The notes under the pieces are model-generated. The model was given only the letters and a program-made list of their open reading frames with translations. It was not told the DNA's origin and ran no database searches. From assembly GCA_032718475.1 (NCBI GenBank), contig JAUCBJ010009163.1, positions 62,001-126,000 on the forward strand: 64,000 nucleotides of DNA. Direction: 5' to 3'. Made by a program: the position numbers and the translations under genes. Shown here one piece after another: positions 62,101-64,000 of this stretch (position 1 is the first letter of the stretch; each line of letters begins with the position of its first letter). This DNA is from Nemertoderma westbladi. Lineage: Eukaryota > Animalia > Xenacoelomorpha.

Positions 62101-64000
62101 AATTTTCATATTTATAACTTCTATCCCACTCCACGAGATAGAGAATCTTAAATGAACGTCAAAAGAACAGGTAACACTTACATTTATAGAAGTAATCAGC
62201 TGTTATTTGCTACGTCTTTCCGCTGGAGATAGATGAATTTTGATTGCGTTGGAACACCCCCTATCTGTGGCTTTCTGAGTGGAGAGATAAGTATCATATC
62301 TCCCTATTAATATTGTTGTGTTCTAGAATATTTATTATAGTTTTATCGTATTGCCAAAGTGACTAGAGCTGAAGTTGACTCATAATACAATAATTCACCT
62401 CAAATATCTCAGCTATTTCATGAACATAATGAAGTATTAAATCAATGTCAAATTCCTTGGTATTTTTCTGCAATAATTTATCAAAATATCCTCTGATTTT
62501 TTTCAAAAACCATATCAATTTTCATATTTATAACTTCTATCCCACTCCACGAGATAGAGAATCTTAAATGAACGTCAAAAGAACAGGTAACACTTACATT
62601 TATAGCAGTAATCAGCTGTTATTTGCTGCGTCTTTCCGCTGGAGATGGATGAATTTTGATTGCGTTGGAACACCCCCTATATGTAGCTGTCTGAGTGGAG
62701 AGATAAGTAGCCTATCTCCCTGTTAATATTGTTGTGTTCTAGAATATTTATTATAGTTTCATCGTATTGCCAAAGTGACTAGAGCTGAAGTTGACTCATA
62801 ATACAATAATTCACCTCAAATATCTCATCTATTTCATGAACATAATGAAGTATTAAATCCATGTCAAAATCCTTGGTATTTTTCTGCAATAATTTATCAA
62901 AATATCCTCTGATTTTTTTCAAAAACCATATCAATTTTCATATTTATAACTTCTATCCCACTCCACGAGATAGAGAATCTTAAATGAACGTCAAAAGAAC
63001 AGGTAACACTTACATTTATAGAAGTAATCAGCTGTTATTTGCTACGTCTTTCTGCTGGAGATAGATGAATTTTGATTGCGTTGGAACACCCCCTATCTGT
63101 GGCTTTCTGAGTGGAGAGATAAGTATCCTATCTCCCTATTAATATTGTTGTGTTCTAGAATATTTTTTATAGTTTCATCGTATTGCCAAAGTGACTAGAG
63201 CTGAAGTTAACTCATAATACAATAATTCACCTCAAATATCTCAGCTATTTCATGAACATAATGAAGTATTAAAGCCATGTCAAAATCATTGGTGTTTTTC
63301 TGCAATAATTTATCAAAATATCCTCTGATTTTTTTCAAAAACCACATCGATTTTCTTATTTATAACTTCTATCCCACTCCACGAGATAGAGAATCTTAAA
63401 TGAACGTCAAAAGAACAGGTAACACTTACATTTATAGCAGTAATCAGCTGTTATTTGCTACGTCTTTCCGCTGGAGATGGATGAATTTTGATTGCGTTGG
63501 AACACCCCCTATCTGTGGCTGTCTGAGTGGAGAGATAAGTAGCCTATCTCCCTATTAATATTGTTGTGTTCTAGAATATTTATTATAGTTTCATCGTATT
63601 GCTAAAGTGGCTGGAGCTAAAGTTATTATGTAATGCAATAATTCACCTCAAATATCACAGCTATTTCATGAACATAATGAAGTATTAAAGCCATATCAAA
63701 ATACTTGGTGTTTTTCTGCAATAATTTATCAAAATATCCTCTGTTTTTTTACAAAAAGCATATCGATTTTCATATTTATAACTTCTAACCCACTCCAAGA
63801 GATGGAGAATCTTAAATGAAAGTCACAAGAACAGGTAACACTTAGATTTATAGCAGTAATAAGCTGTTATATGCTACGTCTTTCCGCTGGAGATGGATGA
63901 ATTTTGATTGTGTCAGAACACCGCCTATCTGTGGCTGTCTAAGTGGAGAGATAAGTATCCTATTTCCGTGTTAATATTGTTGTGTTCTAGAATATTTATT
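26186..64000. repeat. Satellite DNA array, 416-bp AT-rich monomer, ~91 head-to-tail copies
   Basis: TTGGAACACC recurs at 416-bp spacing (e.g. 28271/28687, 42411/42827). Monomers are nearly identical and the array runs off the window end. Confidence 0.99.
49518..49617. other. Assembly gap (100 N)
   Basis: Run of n inside the satellite; a round number typical of a scaffolding placeholder. Confidence 0.99.

Noticed and set aside
26186-64000. Hammerhead ribozyme or coding exon in the satellite; short ORFs at 26733 and ~49400
   Set aside because: No CTGANGA...GAAA core was seen on either strand, the candidate antisense exon has stops in all frames, and the ORFs near 49400 exist only because of the N run.

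Overview
Eukaryotic (animal-type) repeat-rich window with no host genes. Positions ~241-13087 (+) and ~13124-26185 (-) are two divergent, decayed BEL/Pao LTR retrotransposons (Gag, protease, RT, RNase H, integrase) lying tail-to-tail. Positions 26186-64000 are an AT-rich satellite array of ~91 copies of a 416-bp monomer, with a 100-N gap and local higher-order structure. Main unusual features: (1) downstream of pol, element 1 has an extra ~710-aa ORF with a WRN/EXD/RNase D-type DEDDy 3'-5' exonuclease fused to three CCHC zinc knuckles; (2) both elements carry a homologous tRNA-derived A-box/B-box module in the 5' LTR, upstream of CCAAT and TATA boxes; (3) their long 5' leaders share identical non-coding blocks; (4) element 2 carries eight copies of a 20-nt hairpin read in all three frames, one with a compensatory base-pair change; (5) neither 5' LTR has a matching 3' copy in the window. 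All domain calls are by-eye motif recognition, not database searches.
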